From a virus (lineage: Duplodnaviria > Heunggongvirae > Uroviricota > Caudoviricetes): DNA of 64,000 bases. Position numbers and translations under genes: made by a program. Within the stretch, counting starts at the first letter, position 1; each line of letters starts with the position of its first letter. The DNA is taken from the IMG/VR virus record IMGVR_UViG_3300025015_000009, positions 160,001 through 224,000 of that record; one strand, given 5' to 3'. The notes beneath the pieces are model-generated. The model was not told the origin of the DNA and searched no databases. It worked only from the letters and a program-made list of their open reading frames with translations. Below are positions 44,771 to 57,200 of the stretch, piece by piece.

Positions 44771-47700
44771 ATGGCAAGAACTAATACACTAGTGGCAGAA
44801 GACTGGAAGAAAGTATACCAAACCTTTAAGGATGCTGACTTTCAGAGCTACGACTTCGAAACGTTGCGTAAGTCGATGATCGATTACTTGCGATTATACT
44901 ACCCGGAAGATTTCAATGACTTCATTGAATCCAGCGAGTATGTGGCTCTTGTTGATTTGATTGCGTACTTAGGACAGAGTCTAGCGTTTAGGACTGATTT
45001 AAACGCCAGAGAAAACTTCTTGGATACAGCCGAGAGACGCGACAGTATACTAAAATTAGCAAGACTAATTGATTACTCACCAAAACGAGCGGTTCCGGCC
45101 AGTGGATATTTGAAGATAGATACTGTGTCGACGACAGAGACAATTAAAGATTCGACTGGCATCAATATTACAAACATGTCGATCCAATGGAATGACCCAA
45201 CAAACGACAATTGGATGGAACAGCTAACTCTTGTGTTGAACTCTGCACTCATAAATTCGCAAATGATCGGCAAGTCAGGGAACTCGCAAGTGATTAACGG
45301 CATTAAAACAGACGAGTACACAATAAACCTAAATACAACTCAGTTGCCTGTGTTTAAGTTTGGGGCAACGGTGGGCGGGAACCAACTAACATTCGAAGCA
45401 GTGAGCGCAAGTAGTGCGGGTGCAGCAAACGTATATGAGATCCCACCTAGGCCCACTAACCTGTTTAACATGCTGTATCGAAACGACAACAACGGGAACA
45501 GTAGCATTAACACCGGGTTCTTTTTATACTTTAAGCAAGGAAACTTGCAAACCAGTGAGTTTACATTAAAAGATTCATTAGCAAATAGAGTCCTGCACGT
45601 AAACTCATCAGATATTAATAACGACGACGTGTGGATATATCGGCTATCGGGCGACAAACAAACACAAACCGCCTGGAAAAAAGTGCCTGCTATTGCTGGG
45701 GTGAACATTACATATAACAAAGAAACTGAACGAAACATATTTCAGGTGGTTACTAGAGCAGATGATCAAATTGACGTAGTATTCGGCGACGGCAGTTTCT
45801 CGAATATTCCTCAAGGGGATTTTGTTGCGTACTATAGAACCAGCGAGAATGTCGACTATAAGATTATATCGTCAGAGTTGCAAAACATTCACTTTAGAAT
45901 AAACTACACTAGTCGCTTAGGTAGAGATGAGATACTAACGCTGACTGCTAGTTTGCATTACACAGTTGCAAATGCCAGAGCAAAAGAAGATATAGAGAGC
46001 ATACGAACTCGAGCACCGCAGCGGTATTATACTCAGAATCGAATGATAACAGGAGAGGATTACAACTTATTCCCGTATTCGAACTTTGCCAGTATACTAA
46101 AGGTTAAAGCAACAAATAGAACTAGCAGCGGAATTAGCCGGTTCTTAGATGTAACTGATGTTACCGGAAAATACTCCAGCACCAGCATCTTTGCAGACGA
46201 CGGTATTTTATACAAAAATCAATTTGTTAAGCGTTTTGCCTTTACCTTTAATAGCTTTGTTGATGTGTATAAGACAATATATTCTAACTTGATAACTATT
46301 CTTCAATCCAGAGAGCTTAAACACTTCTATTACGATATATACAAAAACTATAAATCACCTGAGGACCCGTTGGTGCTGTACTATCAAATCACCGATTGCG
46401 CTTGGCACATAAGTAATTTACTGAACAACGGTGCAACAGGTTACTTTACTAACTCAACACAAGGAATATGGCAACTCGGATACGTAACATCAACTAAAGC
46501 GAAGTATCTGAAGGTTGGGTCGATTGTAAAGTTCAGAGCACCACCCGGATTCTTTTTTGATAACCATAATGACTTAGTGTCGGGAACCCCAGTGTACGAC
46601 AACGAACGATTATACTTGTATGCATCTATAGTTAGTGTTGTTGGTGACGGAACAAACGGTGGTGCCGGCAACTTCACTGACGGGTCAGGTCCAGTGACAA
46701 TCAATGTTAAGATCCCATCTGGCGCCATTGTTGACCAAATATATCCAGTCCTGAAGAACGATTTAACGTCTGACGAAATATTGCAGCTGATTACAAATTA
46801 CGTAACAGAGTACAAGAATTTCGGATTAGCGTATAACCCGAAGCTACAGCAATGGGAATCAATATCAGCAGAGAACTTAGATTTAGACTCTGATTTTAGT
46901 TTAACGAATTATGGAGATAAGTCTAGTTTGAATCTGGACTGTTCCTGGATTATTGCGTTTAAGTTTACCGGAGCAGAGTACGTTGTTTATTACAGGGGAA
47001 CAGATTTTATCTTTGAAAGCAAAGATCAGGTTAAGTTCTACTTCGACGAGAAGATTAAGGTGTTTGACTCGAAGTCTAGTAGAACAGTGTATGACCAGGT
47101 TGTGCTGCTAAAAAGCAACAGTAAACCAGATTCGACAGATGCAATGGACTCGAGCGTCGTTTGGTTTGTACATAAGAACATAGTAGAAGCCGACGGATAC
47201 GAGTTAACTAACAAGATTCTACTTACGTACCCAGACACAAACAGCGACAATATCCCAGATAATCCAGACATATTTGACATTGTCGTTAGCCCAGCTAACG
47301 TACCGACGAAGAAGCTAGTGTTTCAACAGCAAGTTATTCGGAGTGACTCGTTCATCGAGTACTCGCCGATTGACTATAATAGTGTTGTTGTTCGATTTAC
47401 ATCAAAAGCAGAGATAGAAGATGTGGTGCTCCTATATAATATAGGACAACTGTTTTATGTGCTGCCTGAAAATAAGTTTTATGTGTTAGATAACCCAGCA
47501 GGAAGTAGAATAGTAGTAGAAGCAACTGGGTACGTTGCTTTTGCAGGAAGAGACATGCTACTATTCCAGTATAAACATAATAGTCCGAACTACCGACGAA
47601 TTGATCCGTCACCAAATAATATTATTGACATATACATTTTAACAAAAACGTACAACGATTCGTACACCGCTTGGATTCAAGACACAACAAATACAGTGGC

Positions 47701-48172
47701 ATTACCAGCCGCACCTACTTCTGAGGATTTAGAGTTAGAATTTGCAGAGTTGCAGAAGTATAAAGCAGTGAGTGATGCAACTATTCTAAACAGCGTTAAA
47801 TTTAAACCGTTGTTTGGTGACAAAGCTCACCCGTCCTTACAGGCGTTCTTTAAAATTGTAAAGAATACGAACGTTATTATAAGTGACAACGAAGTTAAGT
47901 CAAGAGTAATCACAGCAATGAACACGTACTTCAGTGCTGAATTTCGAGACTTCGGTGAATCGTTCTTTTTCAGTGATCTAAGTGCATACTTGCATACAGC
48001 CGTTTCGCCGATATTATCGAGTATTATATTGGTCCCAAAAGCTGCTGAAGGGGTATTCGGTAGTTTGTATCAAATTAATACTGCTCCAGATGAAATCTTG
48101 GTTAACGCTGCGACGGTAGACGACATCGAAATAATTAGTTCTATTACATTGGCACAACTAACGCAAGGCTGA
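44771..48172 (+). CDS. gp6: Baseplate wedge protein (T4 gp6-like)
   Basis: DFETLR..MIDYL, DL.AY..Q.L.FR.DL.ARENF..TAERR.S...LA....Y.PKR, FGDG.F..IP, E....IR..AP..Y.TQNRM.T.EDY. Confidence 0.9.
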   Translation: MARTNTLVAEDWKKVYQTFKDADFQSYDFETLRKSMIDYLRLYYPEDFNDFIESSEYVALVDLIAYLGQSLAFRTDLNARENFLDTAERRDSILKLARLIDYSPKRAVPASGYLKIDTVSTTETIKDSTGINITNMSIQWNDPTNDNWMEQLTLVLNSALINSQMIGKSGNSQVINGIKTDEYTINLNTTQLPVFKFGATVGGNQLTFEAVSASSAGAANVYEIPPRPTNLFNMLYRNDNNGNSSINTGFFLYFKQGNLQTSEFTLKDSLANRVLHVNSSDINNDDVWIYRLSGDKQTQTAWKKVPAIAGVNITYNKETERNIFQVVTRADDQIDVVFGDGSFSNIPQGDFVAYYRTSENVDYKIISSELQNIHFRINYTSRLGRDEILTLTASLHYTVANARAKEDIESIRTRAPQRYYTQNRMITGEDYNLFPYSNFASILKVKATNRTSSGISRFLDVTDVTGKYSSTSIFADDGILYKNQFVKRFAFTFNSFVDVYKTIYSNLITILQSRELKHFYYDIYKNYKSPEDPLVLYYQITDCAWHISNLLNNGATGYFTNSTQGIWQLGYVTSTKAKYLKVGSIVKFRAPPGFFFDNHNDLVSGTPVYDNERLYLYASIVSVVGDGTNGGAGNFTDGSGPVTINVKIPSGAIVDQIYPVLKNDLTSDEILQLITNYVTEYKNFGLAYNPKLQQWESISAENLDLDSDFSLTNYGDKSSLNLDCSWIIAFKFTGAEYVVYYRGTDFIFESKDQVKFYFDEKIKVFDSKSSRTVYDQVVLLKSNSKPDSTDAMDSSVVWFVHKNIVEADGYELTNKILLTYPDTNSDNIPDNPDIFDIVVSPANVPTKKLVFQQQVIRSDSFIEYSPIDYNSVVVRFTSKAEIEDVVLLYNIGQLFYVLPENKFYVLDNPAGSRIVVEATGYVAFAGRDMLLFQYKHNSPNYRRIDPSPNNIIDIYILTKTYNDSYTAWIQDTTNTVALPAAPTSEDLELEFAELQKYKAVSDATILNSVKFKPLFGDKAHPSLQAFFKIVKNTNVIISDNEVKSRVITAMNTYFSAEFRDFGESFFFSDLSAYLHTAVSPILSSIILVPKAAEGVFGSLYQINTAPDEILVNAATVDDIEIISSITLAQLTQG

Positions 48173-48215
48173 TTTTTAGCGTGGTAAATATAGTTATACT
48201 CAGGGTTTAAATCAG

Positions 48216-51200
48216 ATGGCATTTAAAACAATAGACTTCCTACCAGATATTTTCAAGAGCGAAGCCAATAAAAAGTTTCTAGGAGCAACGTTAGATCAGG
48301 TAGTTTCTCAGCCTGAGTTTACAAAAGTAAATGGCTACATAGGAAGAAAACTTGCTCCCACATACAAATCATCTGATAACTACTTACTCGAAGACACTAA
48401 AGATCGAGCAAACTATCAATTGGAGCCTGGTCTTGTAATCTCAGACAACAATAATAATATCTACTCGTTTACTAGCTACACCGACTTAATTGGGAAGATT
48501 TCTTTTTATGGAGGAATAGTAAATGACCATTCGAGGTTGTTCTCTAGTAATTACTATTCGTATGGTGATATCTTTGATCTTGACAAGCTGGTAAACTTTA
48601 GCCAGTACTACTGGATGCCAAACGGCCCGCCGATTATCGATATCTTCGCAAGCGGAACGACGTTGGTTGATACGTTCAATATTACTCATGCAAGTAATAA
48701 CTTGTACGTTAACAATAAGATAGGTTCACCGAACACCAATATTGTTGTTGCTCGTGGAGGGAATTACACTTTCACTGTGGATCCTGACGTAAACGGGAAA
48801 TTATGGATACAAACAAACTCATCACCAACCGGAATTATATATAATTACCCGAACCAGTCTTCTAGACAAGTATACGGTATTACAAATAACGGAGCCCCGT
48901 ATGGCGAGATTACGTTCAGCGTACCTAATGTAACAGATCAGCAGTTTTATGAGAATTTAGCAGATGCCGGAGTGGTTGACTATGCAACCAGTGTTCCCTT
49001 TGTTGACATTAACAATCATTTACTATCAACGTTCAATGAAAAGTGGATTGGGTTCGACGGAGTAACAACTGCGCTTCATGGTAAGCATTTAATATTTGTA
49101 AATCACAACGATTTATACGATAAGAACGATCTGTGGAAATCGTACTCTTTGTACGACAACGGGGTATACGAGGATCTAACTTTTGCAGATGAGCAAGAAT
49201 CGGTATTGTTTTCAAATAGAGGTAATATCTGGAGAATATCGTTGGTTCCTATTAACAACGGAGCTGACTATGTTATCCGATTAACACAACTTGATGTATT
49301 TGAACCAAGAACTAAACTGTCGGTTTTAAACGGTCAGCAGAATGCAGGTAAAGCGTTTTATAAAGACTCGAGCGGATACATAGCTGAAGTTCCATTGATA
49401 ACTGCACCGTTAAGTTCGTTGTATTATGTGTACAGCGACAACGATACTCTAATCTCTGGCAAAATCATAATTGTTGCTCCTGATTTAACAGAGATTGACG
49501 TCGAGCGAGACATACTGGGACAATCTAATTACACCAGTCCGAATGATGTTGCTTTCTCAAATGGAATGCGAATTCGATTTAGCTCTACCGTTATCCCTGC
49601 TAGTTACGAAAATGAAATATTTTACGTAGAACAAGTAGGCAAAGGTATTCGTTTAATAAATGAGAAGTCACTGTTTGTCACTGAATCGTTAACTGATAGA
49701 GATGTAGGAACAGTTCCGTTGGACATATTCAGCTTCGATGCTGACTTGTACGACGAGGCATACAACTCGGCGAAGATTCCAGATTTTATTACTATTAACA
49801 GGTCGTCTATCGACGGTAACTCGTGGTCAAGAAGTAACAGATGGATACACAAGAACGTAATCGAACAAGCTGCTAGGTTTAACAACGAATCGCCGATACT
49901 TGACCAAGACTTCAGAGCACTCCGCCCTATCATTGAGTTTGATCCTGATATCTTGTTGTTTAATCACGGGCGAGAAATAAAAGGCCAAGTTGACATATTA
50001 GACCTGACTACAGTAACTGACGCATTCAACAGTATGTCAGGAGCGATTACTTTTAATCATTTCGGCATTACGCTAAAAACAGGAACAAGAATAATCTTTG
50101 CAGCTGACGTTGATCCAGCAGTACGGAATAAGATATACACTGTGCATCTGGTTGTTGACGACAACTTGACAAAGATTCAATTGATTCCTGATGCTGACGT
50201 GTTGCTCCCGTATCACAGTATTGTGCCGATGCAAGGGGTAAACAAAGGAAAAACATACTGGTACAACGGAACCATCTGGATCGAAAGCCAAAGAAAAACT
50301 GCAACAAATCAAGCACCGAGATTTGACATCTTAGATAACCAAGGAATGTCGTTCGGTAACGACGCGGTTTACCCAGGAACGACGTTCAATGGGAACACGC
50401 TATTTGGTTACGCAAAAGCAACAACTACGCTCAGAGATCCGGTATTGGGGTTTGCAATAAAATACAAAAACATTAGTAACATTGGTGATTTAGAGTTTAC
50501 TAATTATTTCGATGTAGGCACATTTGACTACTTTACTACTCTTGTTCGGAGTGATAAAAGAACAGCCCGAACATCAACTGGAAATATAAACAAGATTACT
50601 AATCGAGCAACATTGCGGAATAGCTCGATGTGGGAAATCGTGGCAGAAAAATCAAAACAACATCAGATTTTTACGTATGCGTACACACAGTATAGCAAAT
50701 TTCAAGTTGATATTAGACCCAACAGTTTAGTTAGTCACGTTGATCTTCGAGTATATGTAAACTCGGTGTTGCTTCCGTCTGCGCTGTACGTGTTCAACGA
50801 CACAAACGAGAATATGATGTTCGTTGATGTTAATTACGACTTTATTGAAGGCGACAAAATCGACATCTTAATTCATAGTCGAGAAGTTTCGTCTACAGCG
50901 TACTACGAAGTTCCACGCAACTTAGACCTGAATTCTAAGAATTCAGCATTTGATAGTTTAACGCTGGGTCAGCTACGGAATCACTTAACAACGGTTGCAA
51001 CAGTAACAACAGGGTTCCTAGGAGACAAACTAGGAGCAAACAATCTTAGAGATCTCCACTACAGTATAAGCGGAGGTGATATATTGTTGCAGCAGTCACC
51101 TGTTATTTACAGTCAGCTTTTCTTATTAGATCCTGTGTTAAATTTTGTTGACAGTGTTGAACATGCACAGAAAGAATATGCAAAGTTCAAGTATAAGTTC

Positions 51201-54200
51201 TTAGATGCAGCATTGTCTCTTCAAATGGAGTCGATTCCGTCTCCAGTGCAAGCTGTTGATATGCTGTTAACTGAATTAAACATAATCAAGAATAATTCGT
51301 TTCCGTGGTATTATAGCGATATGCTACCGTACGAATCATCGTTCGCAACAACACTAAGTTATGTCATACTGAACTCTGAAATAACTGATTACGAAATGTC
51401 TGCTGAGTTCGATAAAAATAAACTCAGTAACAAATCAGTTCTTGTGTATTACAACGGAGTGCAACTAATTCATGAGCGTGATTATATTTTCAGAGAAGGG
51501 TTTCCAATACTTCGCTTGTTGGTTGAAACGCAAGTTGATGATACATTACAAATTGTAGAGTATAGCAACACCGACGGCTGTTATGTGCCTGAGACTCCGA
51601 CTAAGCTCGGGGTATTTCCCCGGTTTGTACCTGAAATCAGATTAGACGACACGTTCTCAGTACCGCAGCGGGTGATAATCGGCCACGACGGTAGTGTTAC
51701 TATCGCATTCAACGATTACAGAGACGATTTGTTATTAGAGTTAGAGAAGCGGATATATAATAACTTAAAAGTAACGTATAATACTGACTTCTTTAACATT
51801 GCATCGGTGGTCCCAGGCAAGTTCAGAACCACTGATTACAGTAAGACAGAATTCGACAAGATATTGAGTCGTTTATTTTTAAAATGGGTAGGTAACAATC
51901 GAATTGATTTTTCTACTAACTCGTACTTCACTGGGACCGATCCTTGGTCGTGGAATCACAGCGGGAACACCGACAAAATAACAGATGAGTTTCTGCCAGG
52001 GTTCTGGCGCGGAATTTACCATTACTTCTACGACACTGACACGCCGCATATAACCCCATGGGAGATGTTGGGATTGACAGTGAAACCAGACTGGTGGGAA
52101 ACACAGTACGGTCCTGCTCCGTATACTGGTGGAAACTTAGTAATGTGGCGTGATTTAGAGAAAGGGTTGATAGTCGATGGCCCTGCTGCAGGCATCGTTC
52201 CGGAGTTTGCGCGTCCTGGACTACTTCGTGTTATTCCTGTTGACGAAAATGGTCGATTAAAGCCGCCTAGTGAGTTTATAATGAAGTCGTATGACCCAAC
52301 TAACTTCTCTACAAATTTTGTATTTGGAGATCGTGGTCCAGTTGAAGCAGCTTGGCGCAGAAGTAGTGACTACCCGTTTGCACTTCAAATTGCCCTTGCA
52401 TTAGCAAAACCCGCTCAGTACATGGGCAACTGCCTGAATATTAGTAACTTTACTTACAATGCTCGGTTAGGGCAACTTCTAACAGCCCGTCGCGAGGTGC
52501 TATCCCCGTCGGTTATCGAAATTAACGGAGAGATAGTAAACGGAGTAGTAACACGTAATGCCGGATATTTAAATTGGATTGTTGATTGGACCAAATTGTT
52601 AGGTATTGATGGCCCGTTGAAAGTCCGTACAGTGTTAGACAAGGTAGATGTAAGACTAGGATATAAATTAGCTGGGTTTACAGACCATCGATACCTGGAG
52701 GTCTATGCAGAGCAAAGTAGCCCAACTAGTCTCAGAGAGTCGATTGTTGTACCGAACGAAAGTTACAAAATTTACCTGCACAAATCGCCACCAGTTATTA
52801 AAGCGACGTACAGTGCTGTTATTGTAGAAAAGTCTTCAAACGGGTACAGTGTCAAGGGATACGATGTGATGCATCCGTACTTTACTATACTGCCCAGCAT
52901 AATTAACTCGCGCAACAACAAGATTAGTGTAATCAACGAAGTCGGAACAATTTATTCTGAGTTTGAAGATCGAGAGGTTGACTTTCCGTATGGTACCGAA
53001 TTCACAACAAAACAGCAAGTAGTTGACTTCCTAACTAGTTACCAACGCTATTTACAAAAGAACGGGTTTGTATTTGAAACATGGAACCCTGATCTAGAGT
53101 GCCTTAAAGATTGGACCTTATCGGTTAAAGAGTTCTTAACGTGGTCTCAACAAGGATGGAACACAAACGACTTGATCGTGTTAAGCCCGTTTGCTGAGCA
53201 ATTAACATTTAAGTCGGGGAACTACTTTGTTGACGAAGTTAAGAATCAAAATAACCGGTCTAAAGTATTAGATCAGAATTTCATGCCAATTAAGGCAGCA
53301 AACTTCTCTATAGTTAGAGATGACGACGTGTTTACGTTAACTGCTCCGAACCAAACTATCGCATATGCAGAATTGCATCTTGTGCAGTTCGAACACGCGA
53401 TAGTTTTCGACAACGAAACATTGTTCAAAGACGTTATATACAAACCAGAATCTGGGAATAGACAGTTTAGACTTAAACTTGTTGGATCAAAAACCAGTAA
53501 CTGGACTGGTCGCTTATCTCCTGGCGGATTTATATATAACGATGCATATGTTCCTTCCTGGCAGCCAAGCACCGATTACAAAAAAGGAGAGCTGGTCGAA
53601 CATAAGTCTGTGTACTACGTTTCCCCGGTGAATATTATTGCACAAGACCAATTCGATTTTACTCAATGGCAGTACGTAGATAAGAAAACATTAAAATCTG
53701 GGTTACTTCAAAATTTCTCGTTACATGCTCAGAAGTTTGAAGAGTTCTATGACATAGATACTATCGGATTAAGTGAGAGTGTTAACGTGTTTGCAAAAGG
53801 AGTCATTGGATTTAGACCACGCCAGTACCTGTCTGATCTCGGACTCGATAGTACAACGCAGCTAAAGTTTTATCAAGGATTTATCAGAGATAAAGGAACA
53901 GTTAGTTCGTTGGAGGCGATGAAATCAGCAACATTCAACAACCTTGCCAATGAAGTTACAGTGTATGAAGAGTGGGCGCTTCGTATGGGGGATTATGGCG
54001 GAGTAGACCACAATCAATTTTTTGAAATCGCACTTGATAAAGGAAAATACTCTACAGACCCAGTTACACTAGAGTTGTTAAACGACACAGACACAGAACA
54101 AAGTTTAGTCATCGGAGTCAAGAAGAAACACCTGTACAAACAGCCAACAGTATTTAATAAAAACTTTGTTCAGACTAGATCTCGAGAGTCTGTTCTCGAG

Positions 54201-57200
54201 AACGACTTGCTGACTGCTGGATACGTTAACATCGATGACATTGACATAACTATTTTTGATCTAACTAACTATATTGAGTTAAACAGCAAATTAGCTACGC
54301 TGGGCAGTGGGACTAAGATTTGGATTGCCAAGGACTTTACAAGAAACTGGAATGTATTTAGAGTTAACGAGACTGAGAACCAAGCAATATCAATTAAGTA
54401 CATTGATGACCTAACAGCAACGGTAACCACAGAGTATCCGCATGGGTTAGTGGTAGGTGAGGTTTTTGCGTTTAAAGGGTTAGCAGCTACCGTTGATAGT
54501 TTCTATCGAGTAGAAAAGATTAACTCTATATACGATGTAACTGTGCTATTCTTGATGGACATAGCAGAGCTAAAGAATGCTGGGGTCACCGGAGAAACTG
54601 GTGTTCCGACAGGTGAGGTTGTTGGCCGAGCAATACTATATAGACTATCTAGCTTACGGTACGCATATCTGAGTGATATAACAGATACTACCTTGCTGCA
54701 CAACTGGAAAACAATCGATAAGGTTTGGGTAGATAACGCAGATTCGTCGGGCAACTGGGGAGTGTTAAAGAAGAACGAGCCGTTTGTAACTGTTGACTCA
54801 TTATTGCCAACGAATCATAGCGGGGAAGATAACTTCGGTTCGTGTGTTTGTGCAGATAAAGATGCTAAAGAGTACTACGCAGTTGGGCAACCTGTTACGA
54901 ACAACTTTGCTGGAATTGTGAGCATATACGGAAAAGATATTTTCGGACAAACAGTATTGATGCAGCAACTGTCACCAATTAACCCGGATACACTCGGGTT
55001 TGGATACAGTATTGATATCAGTAAACAGTATGTTGTTATTGGGGCACCAGCAAGCAGCAATAACATTGGCCACGTTTACGTGTTCAGAAAAGACGTGGGG
55101 GCATCTCTGGTGTTCACTCAGCTGCTGACTATATCTGATGCTGATGCAAGATTCGGCACGTCGGTTACTATAAGTAATGATAATCAATGGATATATGTAG
55201 GCGCGCCAGGTATCAACAAGGTATTTTGTTATTCAAGCAGATATATAAAATCTGATGCACATTATATCCAAACAGTCGATTCAGTTGTTAATTATACGCT
55301 TGACGAGGTGTACCACCCAGAGAGTGTAACCTTATACAACTCTGTAAACAACTTAGTTCTTCCTTCTGAATATTCTATAGTAGGAGATCAACTTGTTTTT
55401 CTTAACAACCCGTCTACATCGCAGTTTAGACTAGACTCGGGACCGTATTACGAGTTAAACAGCACATTAACAGAGTCTGTTTCTCCAGGGTCGCAATTTG
55501 GAACCGCAGTAAAGACGACAGATGATGGGTCACAGTTAGTAGTAGGAGCCCCATACTCAACAGAGGTTATAGATGGCACTCAATACACAACTGCTGGGTC
55601 CGCGTATTTGTATTCTAGAACGGTGTCTGAGTTTGTTGCGAATGGAGTAGATAATGCATTTACAGTTCTCACTGGTAACGTAGATAGTGTGCTAGTAGAT
55701 AACGAGCGGTATAATGTAAATTCGCAGTATACTGTTACCGGAAATGTTGTGTCGTTAAATTCAGCCGCAACAGTGAACAGCATAGTTCGTGTTGACCTCA
55801 GGGACATAACTCTTATCAAGAAGTTGTTGCCTTCAGTTACCGCAGTTAACGCAACATTCGGGATGAGCGTTGACATGTCAAACAATGGGTCTGTTATTGT
55901 TGTTGGTGCTCCATACTATACAGAATCTACGTATCATAGCGGAATGGTTACCCGATTTGTTAATATTGGCCTAGAGTATGGAATTGTTACTGCTACTGCT
56001 ACACCTAGTATATCCATTGGGCAGAGCTTGTTTATTAATAATAATGAAGTAATATCAACTGGGATTACTCTTGCGACTTTTGTGACCGATATAAATGACG
56101 CAGCTATCCCTGGGGTAACAGCGTCAACAGCCGATGGGCATTTATCGATAACGGTAACAGGAGTTAGAACAACAGCATCTATCATGCCTGGATACGGTTC
56201 GTTGTTTTCTGACTTTGCATTCGACCTCGTTAAAGAAACTCAACGACTATTACATCCAGGTCGAGATCATGGTAATACACAACAATTTGGAATGTTGGTC
56301 AAATACGACAACACTTCTAGGTCGTTGGCGATCTCCAGCCAGTTTGCGAGCTTAACAACAAAAGCTACAATCGACAGTGGGACAACGTTGTTTGATAACA
56401 GAATGACTGAGTTCTACGATTCTGTGACCCACTCTGGTGTTGTATATACATACGAGTTACTAGTAGACTCTCGGAGAACTAGTACGCATCCTGACAGGTA
56501 TTGTTTTATTCAAGAACTAGTTGATCCTGGGATCAAGCCATACGACAGGTTTGGACATGGTCTATCGTTTGTGAATAACACAGTAATTGTAGGATCGCCA
56601 GGCAGTGACGACCCTGCACCGTTTGACGCCGAGAACGACAATCACTCTATCAGAACCGACATAGGAAAGGTGTACTTCTTTAAGAACGAAAATAACACAC
56701 CTGGGTGGGAGAAGTTTAGATCACAGGCGGTTAAGGTAGACATAAGTTGTATCAACAGAGCGTTTATTTACAGCAAAAAAACAAACGAAATTATTGCTAA
56801 CTTAGATTTCATTGACCCGGTTAAAGGTAAGCTGCTGGGAGTAGTAAACGAGGACATTGACTTTAGAACAACAACCGATCCAGCAAGATACAACGTAGGT
56901 ACTGATGTATCGTTGGCGATTAACTCGTCGTATCGCTGGGGAGCAGAACAAGTAGGCAAAGTTTGGTGGGATTTAAGTAGTGTCCGGTTTGTTGAGTACG
57001 AACAAGGTAGCTTGCTTTATAGGACTGTTAATTGGGGAAGAATGTTCCCAGGTTCAGTTGTTTCAGTGTACGAATGGATAGAATCTGATGTTACTCCAGA
57101 AGAGCACGTTGCCCAGTTACGTCATGGTACGCCAAAGTATCCGAGCAACGAAGGATACGCAGTCAGTCACTATGTTGATAAAACAACAGATTTAATTAAG